DNA of 64,000 nt from Octopus sinensis (GCF_006345805.1 NC_043000.1:123752001-123816000), one strand, 5' to 3'; positions 37,101 through 49,956 are shown, numbered from the stretch's first letter. A program made the numbers and translations. The notes: generated from the sequence alone by a model not told the origin.

Positions 37101-38151
37101 GATTTAAAGATAGGTAGACAGACAGGTAGGCAGGCGGATAGACAGACAGACAAATAAATGTAGAGATACATATGCATGTATATTCGTATGCACATATATA
37201 TAGACACACACACACACGCACATACATAGATACAGACAGACTCAAACACACATATATACATGATGGCACGTCTATATATATTTGTGTGTGTGTCTGTCTG
37301 TCTGTCTTCTGTCTATCACTCTCTGCTGTCTTTCTTTCTCGCCTTATCATTACATAGCTTGCTGCAATTTTGTCTTATTTAGCTTCAAAAGATGACAATT
37401 TCATGGGCAACAACAACAGTATAGACAATATCAATGATGATGATGATGATGATGAGATGATGATGACAGGGTCAATGCCAACAGCAAAGACAGCAGCAAC
37501 AACGGAAGCAGTTGCAATGACATGATGACAGTTGCAATGATGGTGGTGGTGGTGGTGGTGGTGTTTTGGTGGTGGTGGTTTTGGTGGTGGTGGTGGTGGT
37601 GATGTTTTATGATACTTGGTCTTCTCCTTTCTTTCTTTCTTTCTACCTTTTCTTTTTTCCTTCATTGATCAGCCACTGTACGCGAAGACCTGTCTAGACA
37701 ATTAAATTATCTAAACATGATCCTCTCTCGTCAAATCAGAAACATGCTTATTACATTGTCAGAGAAGTTGTCATTTAACTTTTCTTCAGAGACTGGGAAT
37801 GTTAATTTATTTTGCTTTAGTTTTAATCAAAGAATCCATTATCTCTTTTACACTGGTACTTTTCTTACAGGCCCTGAAAGGAGGAAAGGAGTAGTCGACC
37901 CTGACAGGGTTTGAACTCAGAATGTAAATGTGGAAGAAATGCTGCTAAGCATTTTTCTCAGTACGGTAGTGATTCTGTCACTTCTCTGCCTTCAAGATGC
38001 CAAGAATATTGGTTTCTTACACCATACATATAAGAACATTATGGCATAAAAAATATTTTTAAAAAAAAAAAGTAGAAATATTTTTACTTTTATTTTTGCT
38101 TTTTTAAATTATTTATTCATTTTTTATCTACAGTTACCCTTTACTTAATTA

Positions 38152-38182
<31 letters not shown>

Positions 38183-38185
38183 AAA

Positions 38186-38225
<40 letters not shown>

Positions 38226-38239
38226 GAAGAAGAAGAAGA

Positions 38240-40875
38240 AGAAAGAAAAAACACACACAGAAGAAAAAACACACAACGAAAAGGCCCCCTGGATTGACAG
38301 AATATCTACAGAACTGGACCCCTTAGAAGAGCAAAAGTGGGAGGGTGTCAAGGTAGAAGATATAAGATCTGCTCTCAGGAGGTCAAGCAAATGGAAGTCT
38401 CCAGGAAAGGATAAAATTCCTAACTTCTGGCTGAATGCCTTCCCAGAGAGCCATGAACTGCTAACAGAACTATACAATGATGTTCTGCAACACCCTAGTA
38501 GGATGCCTCCTTGGCTAGTTAATGGGTTAACATTCCTGCTTCCAAAAAGTGAAGAAACAAATGAACCAAAAAACTATAGACCCATAACCTGCTTAACAAC
38601 TATGTACAAAACTCTAACATCTGTCCTGACGGAATATACCTATAGTTTTTTAACAGACAGCAGCATATTCCCTAATGAACAGAAAGGATGTAAACGTGGA
38701 TCCTACGGCTGTAAAGACCAACTACTCATCAATAAGATGATCTTAGAAGATTGTCACAAACGACACAAAAACTTATCAATAGCCTGGATAGACTATAAAA
38801 AGGCTTTTGATAGCCTACCACATAGCTGGATTAGGAAATGCCTTGAAATGTATAAGATAGCACCAACTCTGCGAAACTTCTTGACTGTAAGTATGAGATC
38901 ATGGAGAACCACACTAACTCTGAACAGTGACAGTGAATCCCTAAATGCTGGTGATGTAAAAATTTCGTGTGGCATTTTCCAGGGTGACTCACTGTCACCA
39001 CTCCTCTTTTGTTTATCCTTAATACCTCTCTCAAAGTTGCTCAATGACGCGCAGTACGGGTATAAAATGTTTGATAAAAATATAATCATCTCGTTTACAT
39101 GGATGATTTAAAGCTTTTTGCAAAAAATGATCAACAACTCAAGGGCTTACTAGCGATAGTCAAACAATTCAGTGACGACATCAGAATGCAATTCGGCCTC
39201 GATAAATGTGCAAAGGCTACCTTTATCAAAGGAAAAATGACAGAAACATCTAACGTTAACCTTGACCAACAGAATGTCATAAAAGAACTAGACCCAGCGG
39301 AGAGCTACAAGTACCTAGGGGTAATTGAAGGGAACGGAATAAGGCATTCAGAGATGAAGGAAAGGATCAGGAGAGAATGCTATCGAAGAGTGAGAGCAAT
39401 ACTCAAGACAGAGCTGAATGCAAGAAACAGGATCGAAGCAATCAATGCATTAGCTATACCAGTCGTGACTTACAGTTTCAATATTGTTAACTGGTCAATT
39501 ACTGAAATATGTCAGCTCGACAGAAAAATAAGGAAACTGTTGACAATGCATAGAATGCACCACCCTAAGGCAGATACAGAACGACTCTATCTGCCAAGAA
39601 AAGAGGGAGGCCGTGGTCTTTTGCAACTGGCAATAACAATGAAGATTGCTACAATTGGCCTAGACACCTACCTGAAAAACTCTGAGGACTGGATGTTAAA
39701 ACTTGTCTCAAAACATGAAAACAAGAAAGCATCATACTCAGTAACAAAACAGGCAAAGGAATATCTAAGTGAATTCCGAATACAACCAATTTCGGAATTA
39801 GAGATAGACATACAAGAAACAAGCACAGAAAAAGCTAGGCGCATGAAAACCCGTGCCAAAACTGCGGCCTTAGATATTCTGAATAATAAATGGCAAGAAA
39901 AACCTCTCTACGGCAAATACCCAAAGAGAGCGAATAATGCAGATATCGACAAAGCCCTGACCCATCAATGGCTAATGGCCTCTGGCTTAAAATCTGAAAC
40001 AGAGGGGTTTATCATAGCAGCTCAAGATCAATGCCTACCAACAAGAAACTACCAGGCCAACATATTAAAGATCAGAAGCAGTCCAACGTGTCGTGTATGC
40101 AAGCAACAAAATGAAACCATTGACATGTGGTCTCCAAGTGCAGTCTTCTAGCGCCTACAGAATATCTCAACAGGCACGATAGAGCTGCACAATATATTCA
40201 CTGGGTAATCTGTAAAAACCTGGAGTTGCCCCATGAGAAAAACTGGTGGGAACACAAACCACCCCCAGTGCTTGAAAATGACCACATCTCACTCCTCTGG
40301 AACTTCACCATTCAAACTGACAGGAAGATAGATGCAAATAGGCCAGACATCATATTGAAAGACTTCAAACAAAGAACATGCCTCCTCATTGATATGACTG
40401 TCCCAATCGATATAAACGTATCTGTCAGGACCTACCAAAAACTGAGCAAATATAAAGATCTTGAAATAGAAATCAGCAAAATGTGGAAGCTGAAGACTAA
40501 AACAATACCTGTTGTCATAGGTGCCCTGGGAATGATAGCAAAAGGGGCTGATAGCTACCTAACTCAGATACCAGGAAACCCAAAAATGGCAGAAGTTCAA
40601 AAGATAGTGCTCATGGGAACTGCTCATATCCTACGCAAAATACTCTCTATGTAACCTCAAGGTTTAAAACAACCATAATTTTCGGTTTAAAAAAAAAAAA
40701 AAAAAAAAAAAAACTTTTTTTTTTTAGACATTCATTAGTACAACATCCCCACTCCCCAAATATATGGCACACTAGGCATAACAACAACATGAACTTCCAA
40801 CCCTGTTGTCTCTTGAGGTCTCTGGGTGAGACTTGGAGCCAACTTGTACAAATATAAAGCAAAAGTCAAACATAG
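38240..40875 (+). mobile_element. 5'-truncated R4/Dong-clade non-LTR retrotransposon (RT plus CCHC plus restriction-like endonuclease) in an (AAT)n tract
   Basis: RT motifs KNYRPITCL, QKG, WIDYKKAFDSLPH, GIFQGDSLSP and YMDD (39096-39107). C-terminal CRVC..E(T)ID(H)..S.C, RHD, RPDI..D and KLSKY; stop at 40654. Two single-base frameshifts (~39085, ~40124). (AAT)n on both sides (38191-38223, 40876-40896). Confidence 0.92.
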
Positions 40876-40898
40876 AATAATAATAATAATAATAATTT

Positions 40899-41454
40899 AT
40901 GCCCTGATGCTGTACCAGGCAGTGGCCCTCGTGGCTTCTGATCTTAACTGATTGGAAGTGTTATCATGTACATTGTTTTGTCTTGGTATAAAAGATGGGC
41001 TACAGCAAATATTCTGCTCAATACCACAGATTTGCTTGTCAGTTGTTTGACCATAACCAGTTGAGCACGTCCCTTAATGGCTGACGATATGTGCATCTCT
41101 GACCACAAGCAGAAGTAGTGGGGAAGCATCATAGCCATGTGTTGAGAGGGATTCTTTGGGGTTTGAATAATTGACCTCCGGAAACATGGGTGTTTCGTTC
41201 AACATCCTTAAACAACCCTTATTCAGGGACCTTTTGAGCAGGATGGGTTACTCGACCAGAAGAAAATTCTAACTGGGCTTCACCGGCAAGGTCATGTGCT
41301 GTTTATCTTGATATGAGATCACCATGTCGCGCACATATGGTTGTGATGCATGTGCCTAGTGTACCCTTATCAGACGGGTAGTCATGATGGGTATACTGGG
41401 CTTCGTATATTTTACCCCAGTGTCACTTTGATGGCATGCTCTGCTCTCTCACTC
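40899..41454. mobile_element. ~556-bp non-coding interspersed element bounded by (AAT)n on both sides
   Basis: GC-richer block from gccctgatgc to ctctctcactc, between AAT tracts 40876-40896 and 41455-41561; no convincing ORF. Confidence 0.55.
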
Positions 41455-41482
41455 AATAATAATAATAATAATAATAATAATG

Positions 41483-41520
<38 letters not shown>

Positions 41521-41798
41521 TAATAATAATAATAATAATAATGATGATAATAATAATAATATGAGGGAATATTATTCCAAATTTACAGGGAAAAATTCAA
41601 TTTAGAAATACTAAATCAAATTTCACAAAATATGATATATATATATAATATATATAAATTAGAAAAAAACACATTTTATCAATTCAATAATGAAGAAATT
41701 AAATTATACCATTTAGAAAAATTATATCTTATAGAAAGATTAAATATAAGATAAAACATATACCAATGATTAAGTAATGTGCAAAATAATAAATAAAA

Positions 41799-41869
41799 CA
41801 ATTTGATCAATGGAACAACCTGCTCATGAAATTAATGTGCAAGTGGCTAAGCACACCACCAAATATATA

Positions 41870-41900
<31 letters not shown>

Positions 41901-42011
41901 CGGACGCTAAACGATGATGATGATGATGCTGATGACGATGTATATATTTGGTGGTGTGCTTAGCCACTTGCACATTAATTTCATGAGCAGGTTGTTCCAT
42001 TGATCAAATTG
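41799..42011. other. Fold-back inverted duplication: 72-bp perfect arms plus (CAT)n/(GAT)n
   Basis: 41799-41870 is the exact reverse complement of 41940-42011; a 15-nt spacer aaacggacgctaaac lies between the CAT and GAT tracts. Confidence 0.9.
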
Positions 42012-42057
42012 ACTGGAGCACTCATTGCCATAACCGACAGAGAGACAGGCATGTGTA

Positions 42058-42137
<80 letters not shown>

Positions 42138-42476
42138 GGATGAATGAATCATCCTTTGTTTACAGTTAACATGGAAAATTCAATAAACAGTTACCAGGGT
42201 AGCAAAATTCACCAAGTAACAAGGGTGTAGTGACCTATTCAAAGGTAGAAACTCCGGGTTAATGTGCAGCAATTTGTGTAGTATAAGTAAATAAATGGAG
42301 TTGAACGAAGATTCTATTCTATATATATATACAGATAAGTTTCTTTATTGGCCACACAGGGCAGCACACAGATGGGACAAGTTACAAGGTAGAGCTTTTC
42401 TTTTGGAGGAGCAAAAAAAAAAAAAAAGGTGGCGTAGGTTTTCGATCAAAAGGGATCGTAAAAGGGAAAAAAGAAC

Positions 42477-42567
<91 letters not shown>

Positions 42568-42599
42568 TAGATAGATAGATAGATATAGATAGACAGACT

Positions 42600-42690
<91 letters not shown>
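42477..42690. repeat. (AGAT)n microsatellite
   Basis: Direct reading; a similar tract is at 53010-53190. Confidence 0.92.
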
Positions 42691-43436
42691 GCAGAGAGAG
42701 AGAGAGATTCATGCATATAAGTATATTACTATATATTATATACTACAAATATGTTATATATTATATATATATATTATGTGTGTGTATGTACATATGTATA
42801 CGTGTGCATGTGTGTGTGTATGTACATATGTATATGTGTGTGTGTTGAACCATTAATCCCTACACATCTTTTTCACTTCTTTTCCCTCCTTAACCTTCAC
42901 TTTATTTATAGTTCTACTTATCTGTTCATTATATTTGTCTTGTTAACCTTTAAACAATCTGATTAGAGTTCTATCCCTAATTAAATATTACAAAAAAAAT
43001 TCCTTTCATAATAATTTTTGTAACAAATGTAAACATGCCTGCTTTTAATGAGGCTTTCCTCATTAAATTACATAATATGACACAAGAGAGTGAGTCTTTC
43101 TTCACTTGTTGAATAAGACATCAAGTGAAATTTGAAATGTATGGATGGATGGATGGATGGATGGGTGGATGGGTGGGTGAGTGAGTGATTGGGTGGATGG
43201 TTGGTTGCAAGGATGTGAGTATATGTTTTGTATGCATATCATCATCATCACCATTTAACATCCATTTTCTATACTGGCATGGGTTGGACAGTTCGACAAG
43301 GGCTTGCCTACTGAAGTGCTGCCCAAGTTCCATGTCTTTTTAAGCATGGTTTCTAAGGTTTGATAACTTTCTTAACATATGGAAGCATTCACACATGTAT
43401 GTATTCATGTGTGTATATATGTATTTATGTATGCTT

Positions 43437-43477
<41 letters not shown>

Positions 43478-43733
43478 TTTGTTGCCAGGCAAAAATGAGT
43501 GGTACCTATTATTCAAAGGACCAACTTTGTTCCATTCTTTGTCACACTGAATCTCTGAGAACTACGTTAAGGATATACATGCCTGTGGTGTGCTTAGCCA
43601 CTTGTACATTAATTTAATGAGCAGATTGTTCCATTGATCAAATCAACTGGAACACTCACTGCCATAACCGACAGAGAGACAGGCATGTATATATATACAT
43701 GCCCCTCTGGCACCTGTGCAGGTGGCACAGGTG

Positions 43734-43766
<33 letters not shown>

Positions 43767-43773
43767 TATATAT

Positions 43774-43848
<75 letters not shown>

Positions 43849-43849
<1 letters not shown>

Positions 43850-44089
43850 CACCTGTGCAGGTGGCACGTAAAAAGCACCCACTACACTCGCGGAGTGGTT
43901 GGCGTTAGGAAGGGCATCCAGCTGTAGAAACACTGCCAGATCAGACTGGAGCCTGGAGCAGCCCCTGGCTCCCCAAACCCCGGTCGAACCGTCCAACCCG
44001 TGCTAGCGCGGAAAATGGACGTTAAACGATGATGATGATGATGATACATACATACATATGCATATACACATACATGCATATACATATAC

Positions 44090-44175
<86 letters not shown>

Positions 44176-45000
44176 CATCTGGCACCTGTGTCGGTGGCAC
44201 ATAAAAACACCATCCGAAGACCCGGCAAGACTAGTCAGGCCATAACCCGTGGCCCCTACCTGGGACGTAGTCAGTCCACCTGTGTATACCTTCCTTCTTG
44301 TGACACTTGTGAAGACCTGTTGAGGCAAGTGAAAATCAATCAAAATAGATGAACATCAATAGAATTTGTATCTTTGTGGTACCAGTGCCGGTGGCACACA
44401 AGAAAACCATCCGAACGTGGCCGTAGCCAGTACCACATCGACTGGCCTCCGTGCTGCGGGCACGTAACAAACACCATCCGATCGTGGCCGTCTGCCAGCC
44501 TCGTCTGGCACCTGTGTCGGTGGCACATAAAAAACACCATCCGAGCGTGGCCGTTCGCCAGCCTCGTCTGGCACCTGTGTCGGTGGCACATAAAATCACC
44601 CACTACACTCTCGGAGTGGTTGGCATTAGGAAGGGCATCCAGCTGTAGAAACACTGCCAGATCTGACTGGCCTGGTGCAGCCTTCGGGCTCCCCAGACCC
44701 CAGTTGAACCGTCCAATCCATGCTAGCATGGAAAACGGACGCTAAATGAATGATGATGATGATGATGATATATATATACACCTCTGGAAATATGCTGTGA
44801 ATGCGAAGATCCAACAGATAACGTGAGTTCATGGTTGTTTCCTGCACCAGCTTCACATAGAGGCGTTAGGAAGGACATCCAGCTGTAGAAACACTGCCAG
44901 ATCAGACTGGAGCCTGGTGCAGCCTCCTGGCTTCCCAGACCCCAGTCAAACCGTCCAACCCATGCTAGCTTGGAAAATGGACAGTAAATAATGATGATGA
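43849..45000 (+). mobile_element. Cluster of three RTE 3' ends (43849-44045, 44177-44770, ~44780-45000)
   Basis: Three family-C tails; the middle copy has the same 3'UTR units as 11682-12870. Confidence 0.8.
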
Positions 45001-45374
45001 GGAGGAGGAGGATGACATATATATATACTTTCTGCATTTTCTATATGCTGCTATCTCATTTTTTTCACATTTCTTCTATTTTTTTGTTTTTTATCTAGTT
45101 TCAGCTCCCAAGCTGTGGCCATGCTGGGGCAATGCCATTTGGTGTTGCTACATAATTTTACTTCATGAATGCCTTTTAGGAATTGCCATTTGGTGCATGA
45201 GAGAGTTTGATGTAGCCGCCCTCATCTGCACCTCCTGCCGCGAAGTTGGTTCATCTGGGACATCTGACAGGAAAGGGTCCAGCTTTATTTTGAAGACATC
45301 TACATCCACCCCATGCAGGTCTCTCAGGTCCTTCGGGAGGATATTAAAGAGCTGTATTATTCAGTTTTTAATGA

Positions 45375-45735
45375 TAGCGATGACGATGACGACAACAACG
45401 ACGACGACGATAGCAACGACGATGACAATGATGACGATGATGATCACAACGATGGCAATGACGATGACAACAACGACGACAACAACAACGACGATGACAA
45501 CGATTTCGACAATGACGATGACAACAACGACAATGACAACAACCACAACAACGATGACAACAATGACGACGATGACGACAATGATGACAATGACGACGAC
45601 AACGACGACAACAACGAAGGCAATGATGACAACCACAACCATGATTATGACAATGATGATGACGATAACAACAATATGAATGACAATGTCAATATCAGTG
45701 ATGATGGTGATGATGATGATGATGATGATGACAAT
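45375..45735. repeat. Degenerate (GAY/AAY)n trinucleotide tract
   Basis: Direct reading; gives Asp/Asn, Thr/Met and Val/Ile pseudo-ORFs in different frames. Confidence 0.85.
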
Positions 45736-45945
45736 GCCAAGGAAGAAGAGGATAAAGTTGATAACAATGTTCTTGGCAATTCTTATCAACAAGGACACTG
45801 ATCAAAACATAATTGTAAACAATGGAAAGAAAAGCTAATCCATCTTGAAAGAGAAGCTTTAATAATTGATAAGAAATCATTGTCTTCTTAACGTTAGAAG
45901 TTGTTAAAGCAGCAAGCTGGCCTAGAGTAGAAAAGAATATTATTT

Positions 45946-46650
45946 GGAAATAAAGGCAGTGAGCTGGCAGAAATGTTAGCACATCGGGCGAAATGCTTAG
46001 TGGTATTTCGTCTGTCTTTATGCCCTGAGTTCAAATTCCGCCAAGGTCGACTTTGCCTTTTATCCTTTCAGGGTTGATAAATTAAGTACCAGTTGTGTAT
46101 TGGGGTCAATCTAATCAACTGGCCCTCTCGCCCAAAATTTTGAGCCTTGTGCCTAGAGTAGAAAAGAATATTATTTAAGGTGGCAAGCTGGCAGAAATGT
46201 TAGCATGCTGGGCAAAATGCTTAGCAGTATTTTGTCTGCCATTATGTTCTGAGTTCAAATTCCGCTGAGGTCAACTTGGCCTTTTAACCTTTCATGGTCG
46301 ATAAATTAAATATGAGTTACACACTGGGGTCGATGTAATCGACTTAATCCTTTTGTCTGTCTTTGTTTGTCCCCTCTATGTTTAGCCCCTTGTGGGCAAT
46401 AAAGAAATAAGAAAAGAATATTATTTGTAAATAAAGGCAGTGAGCTGGCAGAAATTTTAACACACCGGGTGAAATGCTTAGTGGTATTTCATCGGTCTTT
46501 GTGTTCTGAGTTCAAATTCTGCCAAAGTCGACTTTACCTTTCATCCTCTTGAGGTCGATAAATTAAGTACCAGTTGCCTACTGGAGTCGATCTAATCAGC
46601 TGTCCCCTTCCCCAAAAATTTCGGGCCTTGTGCCTCGTGTAGAAAAGAAT
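45946..46650 (+). mobile_element. Three head-to-tail family-A SINEs
   Basis: agaaaagaatattattt recurs at 45929, 46160 and 46410. The middle copy (46177-46409) has the other tail type and is flanked by this 17-mer as a TSD. Confidence 0.8.
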
Positions 46651-46669
46651 GTTAGAAGTTGTTACTTAC

Positions 46670-46813
46670 AGAAAGAAAACGTTGGTGAAAACAAATCCTT
46701 TTCACAAATGCTTTCATCGCTTCCATCCCGGCAGTCTGTTTCTTCATCACATCGCCAGTCGATGGGAATACAGCTTTTGTCTTGGCATGCAAACTGGTTG
46801 CCGTTACACACTG
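46670..46813 (-). CDS. LDLa-repeat protein exon, module 5
   Basis: aatatag| and |gtaagt; 144 nt, phase 1-1; (A)[47 protein letters not shown]. Confidence 0.92.
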
Positions 46814-47984
46814 CTATATTTAGAAACAGAGAATAATAGATACAGCTGGATGACAAAAATAAATTGATCGAGTAGGATAATGATAACCTCATTAATCTAA
46901 ACTAATAAATAATTCATTAATTAGTCTGCAGTAATTGCAGGCATGGCTGTGTGGTAAGAAGGTTGCTTTTCAGCCCAACCCATGGTTTCAAGTTATGTCC
47001 CACTGTGTAATTCTGGTGGGGTGGGGTTGGCAAGTATCTGCTATTACCTTGGGATTTAATAAATGAAAACTGAAAGAAGCATATTGTGTATATATAAATA
47101 TGTGTAGCCAACTGGCTTCCATGCCAGTGGCATGTAAAAGGGCACCATTCAAGCGTGATCGTTACCAACGTTGCCTTACTGGCACCTGTGCTGGTGGCAT
47201 GTGTAAAAAGATCGAGTGAGGTTGTTGCCAGTACCGCCTGACTGGTCCCGGTGTCAGTGGCACGTAAAAAGTACCCACTACACTCTCGGAGTGGTTGGTG
47301 TTAGGAAGGGCATCCAGCTGTAGAAACTCTGCCAAACCAAGATTGGAGCCTGGTGCAGCCATCTGGTTCGCCAGACCTCAGTCAAAATCATCCAACCCAT
47401 GCTAGCATGGAAAGTGGACATTAAACGATGATGATGATGTGTGTATGTATGTGTGTGTGTACATGTGTGTATATTACTGTCTCTTTGCCTTGACTTTATG
47501 TGATGCTTGTAAATGAGTGTCACCGTCATACAAGCTGTGTCACTCATTTCAAATCTTCTGTGGAAATATGTTTGGTCATGAAGAAATAGTAATTTCAAAA
47601 TTTGGCACAAGGCCAGCAAGCTTGAGACAGTGGTGGGGGTAAGTCGATTACATCAAATCCCAGAACTGGTATTTATTTTATTGACCATGAAAAGATGAAA
47701 GCAAAGTTGATCTTGGCACAGTTTGAACTCAAATCATAAAGCATTTTGACCAGTGTGTTAACAATTCTGCCACTTCATTGCTTTGTCATGAGGAAATATT
47801 ATCTTACTTTGAGGGCTAATGACAGGAAGATCATCCAGGTGGAGAAAACCCACCACAATTAATTCCATCCAGCCCATGCAAGCATGGAAAAGTGAACAGA
47901 AAGGCATAGAGGAGAATGTAATTTGGAGTATATCATATGTAGGGAAATAAATGGTGGTCATGGCCTTTGATCATAGGCTTGGTC

Positions 47985-48330
47985 AATCATCATCATCGTC
48001 ATTTAATGTCCTCTTTCCATGCTAGCATGGGTTGGACGATTTGACTGAGATCTGGCGAACCAGATGGCTGCACCAGACTCCAATCTGATCTGAAAGAGTT
48101 TCTACAGCTGGATGCCCTTCCTAATGCCAACCACTCCGAGAGTGTAGTGGGTGCTTTTACGTGCCACCAGCACAAGGGCCAGTCAGTTGGTACTGGCAAT
48201 GGTCACGCTCAAATGGTGCTTTTTATGTGCCACCTGCACAGGAGCCAGTCCAGCGGCACTGGCAACGACCTCGCTCGAATGATTTTTCACGTACCACCAG
48301 CACAAGTGCTAGTGAGGCGACGCAGGTAAC
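47985..48330 (-). mobile_element. RTE 3' end, family C
   Basis: Reverse complement of the family-C tail with three hairpin modules. Further copies at ~47105-47440 (+), ~50628-50900 (-) and ~57425-57670 (+). Confidence 0.78.
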
Positions 48331-48348
48331 GATAATCAGGTCTGATAT

Positions 48349-48676
48349 TTTCTTTTGACTCTGCCGGTTACGACGACGAGGGTCCCAGCTGATACAATCA
48401 ACGGAACAGCTTGCTCGTGAAATTAACGTGCAAATGGCTGAGCATTCCACAGACACGTGTACCCTTAACGTAGTTCTCGGGGATAATCAGCGTGACACAG
48501 AGAGTGACAAGGCTGACCCTTTGAAATACAAGTACAACTCATTTTTGCCAGCTGAGTGGACTGGAGCAACGTGAAATAAAGTGTCTTGCTCAAGGACACA
48601 ACGCGTCGCCGGGAATCGAACTCACAACCTTACGATCATGAGCCGAATGCCCTAACCACTAAGCCACGCGCCCTCA
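48349..48676 (-). mobile_element. tRNA-derived SINE, family D, well preserved, 12-bp TSD
   Basis: Head gagggcgcgtggcttagtggttagggc...gagttcgattccc; CpG-rich; caggtctgatat at 48337-48348 and 48677-48688. Confidence 0.85.
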
Positions 48677-48740
48677 CAGGTCTGATATATTAGCTAAATA
48701 GCAACAATTACAGTTACAGAGAGAGAAGCCTTCTCCTTAC

Positions 48741-48881
48741 CTGTTGTTGGAAGTTCAGTTGTATTATATACACACCCGGATTCATCACTTCCATCATCAC
48801 AGTCCTCTTGTGTGTTGCAAAGAAGACGAATTGAAAGACATTCCCCATCAGAGCAAGCAAATTGTTCTATTCCACAAGAAT
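48741..48881 (-). CDS. LDLa-repeat protein exon, module 4
   Basis: tctttgcag| and |gtaagg; 141 nt, phase 1-1; [46 protein letters not shown]. Not shown in frame in the ORF track. Confidence 0.92.
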
Positions 48882-48931
48882 CTGCAAAGAAGTTTTATTA
48901 GCCATTATTATTTTTATTATTATTATTATTA

Positions 48932-48980
<49 letters not shown>

Positions 48981-49335
48981 GGCGATGAGCTGGCAGACTT
49001 GTTAGCATGCCGGGCAAAATGTTCAGTGATATTTTGTTTGTCGCTACATTCTGAATTCAAATTCTACCAAGGTGGACTTTGCTTTTCATCCTTGCAGGGT
49101 TGATTAAATAAGTACCAGTTATGCACTGGGGTTGATGTAATTGACCTAATCCTTTCCCCCAAATTTGGGACTCTGTGCTTCCAGTAGAAATAATTATATC
49201 GTGGGTTGAAATTCCATCAAAGCCAACTTTGACCTTTACTTTTTTTTCAGGGTCAATGAAATTAGTACCAGTTAAGCACTAGGGTCAATGTAATATTCCC
49301 CCAAAATATCAGAGTGTGCACCTTTTCTAGAAAGG

Positions 49336-49386
<51 letters not shown>

Positions 49387-49389
49387 ATT

Positions 49390-49870
49390 GCTTTTGCACA
49401 ACTTCTAATGCTGAAGATGTACTATGGTGTCAACTATTCACTACCAGTGAACTAAGGTATCACCTCTTATTTTTCGAGCACTTTCCGAGTATTCAAGCAG
49501 TTCCAAGCAGTGCTGTTTTCTGCAAGTGCTCCACCCTTATTGCAGCCCTATTTGTTCCACGTACTTTTTGAGATTTTTGCTCACTGCTCCCAGGGTGCCG
49601 ACAATTATTGGCACTACTGCTACCTTTTTCATCGACCACAACTACTTAACTTCCCAAGCTAACCTGTCATATCTCTTGACTTTTCTTTCTTCCTTATTGC
49701 ATAACTTGATGTTGACTGGGCATGCTATATCTATGATCCAGTATAGTTTGTTTTCTTTCTCAATTAAGACTGTCCGGCTTCCTATTCTCTATCTCCTGGT
49801 CGCACTGAATCATGAAATCCCATAGGATCTTTGCATTTCTATTTTTGACAATGCCTTCGAGTTTGTGGTC
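49390..49870 (-). mobile_element. 3' fragment of a second R4/Dong-type LINE within (AAT)n
   Basis: HKLEGIVKNRNAKILWDFMIQCDQEIENRKPD...IDIAC...VPIIVGTLG (restriction-like endonuclease domain, frameshifted); long ATT tracts on both sides. Confidence 0.8.

Positions 49871-49956
<86 letters not shown>

Noticed and set aside
44215-44340. Possible HDV-like or hammerhead ribozyme in the RTE UTR unit (ctgttgaggcaagtgaaa; gactacgtcccaggtagggg on minus)
   Set aside because: By eye the nested pseudoknot or three-way junction could not be completed and core bases deviate; an Infernal/RNArobo search would be needed to reopen it.
45197-45801. 160-aa Asp/Asn-rich, Thr-rich or Val/Ile-rich ORFs
   Set aside because: Degenerate trinucleotide tract open in several frames on both strands; no convincing splice context; lies inside an intron of the LDLa gene.
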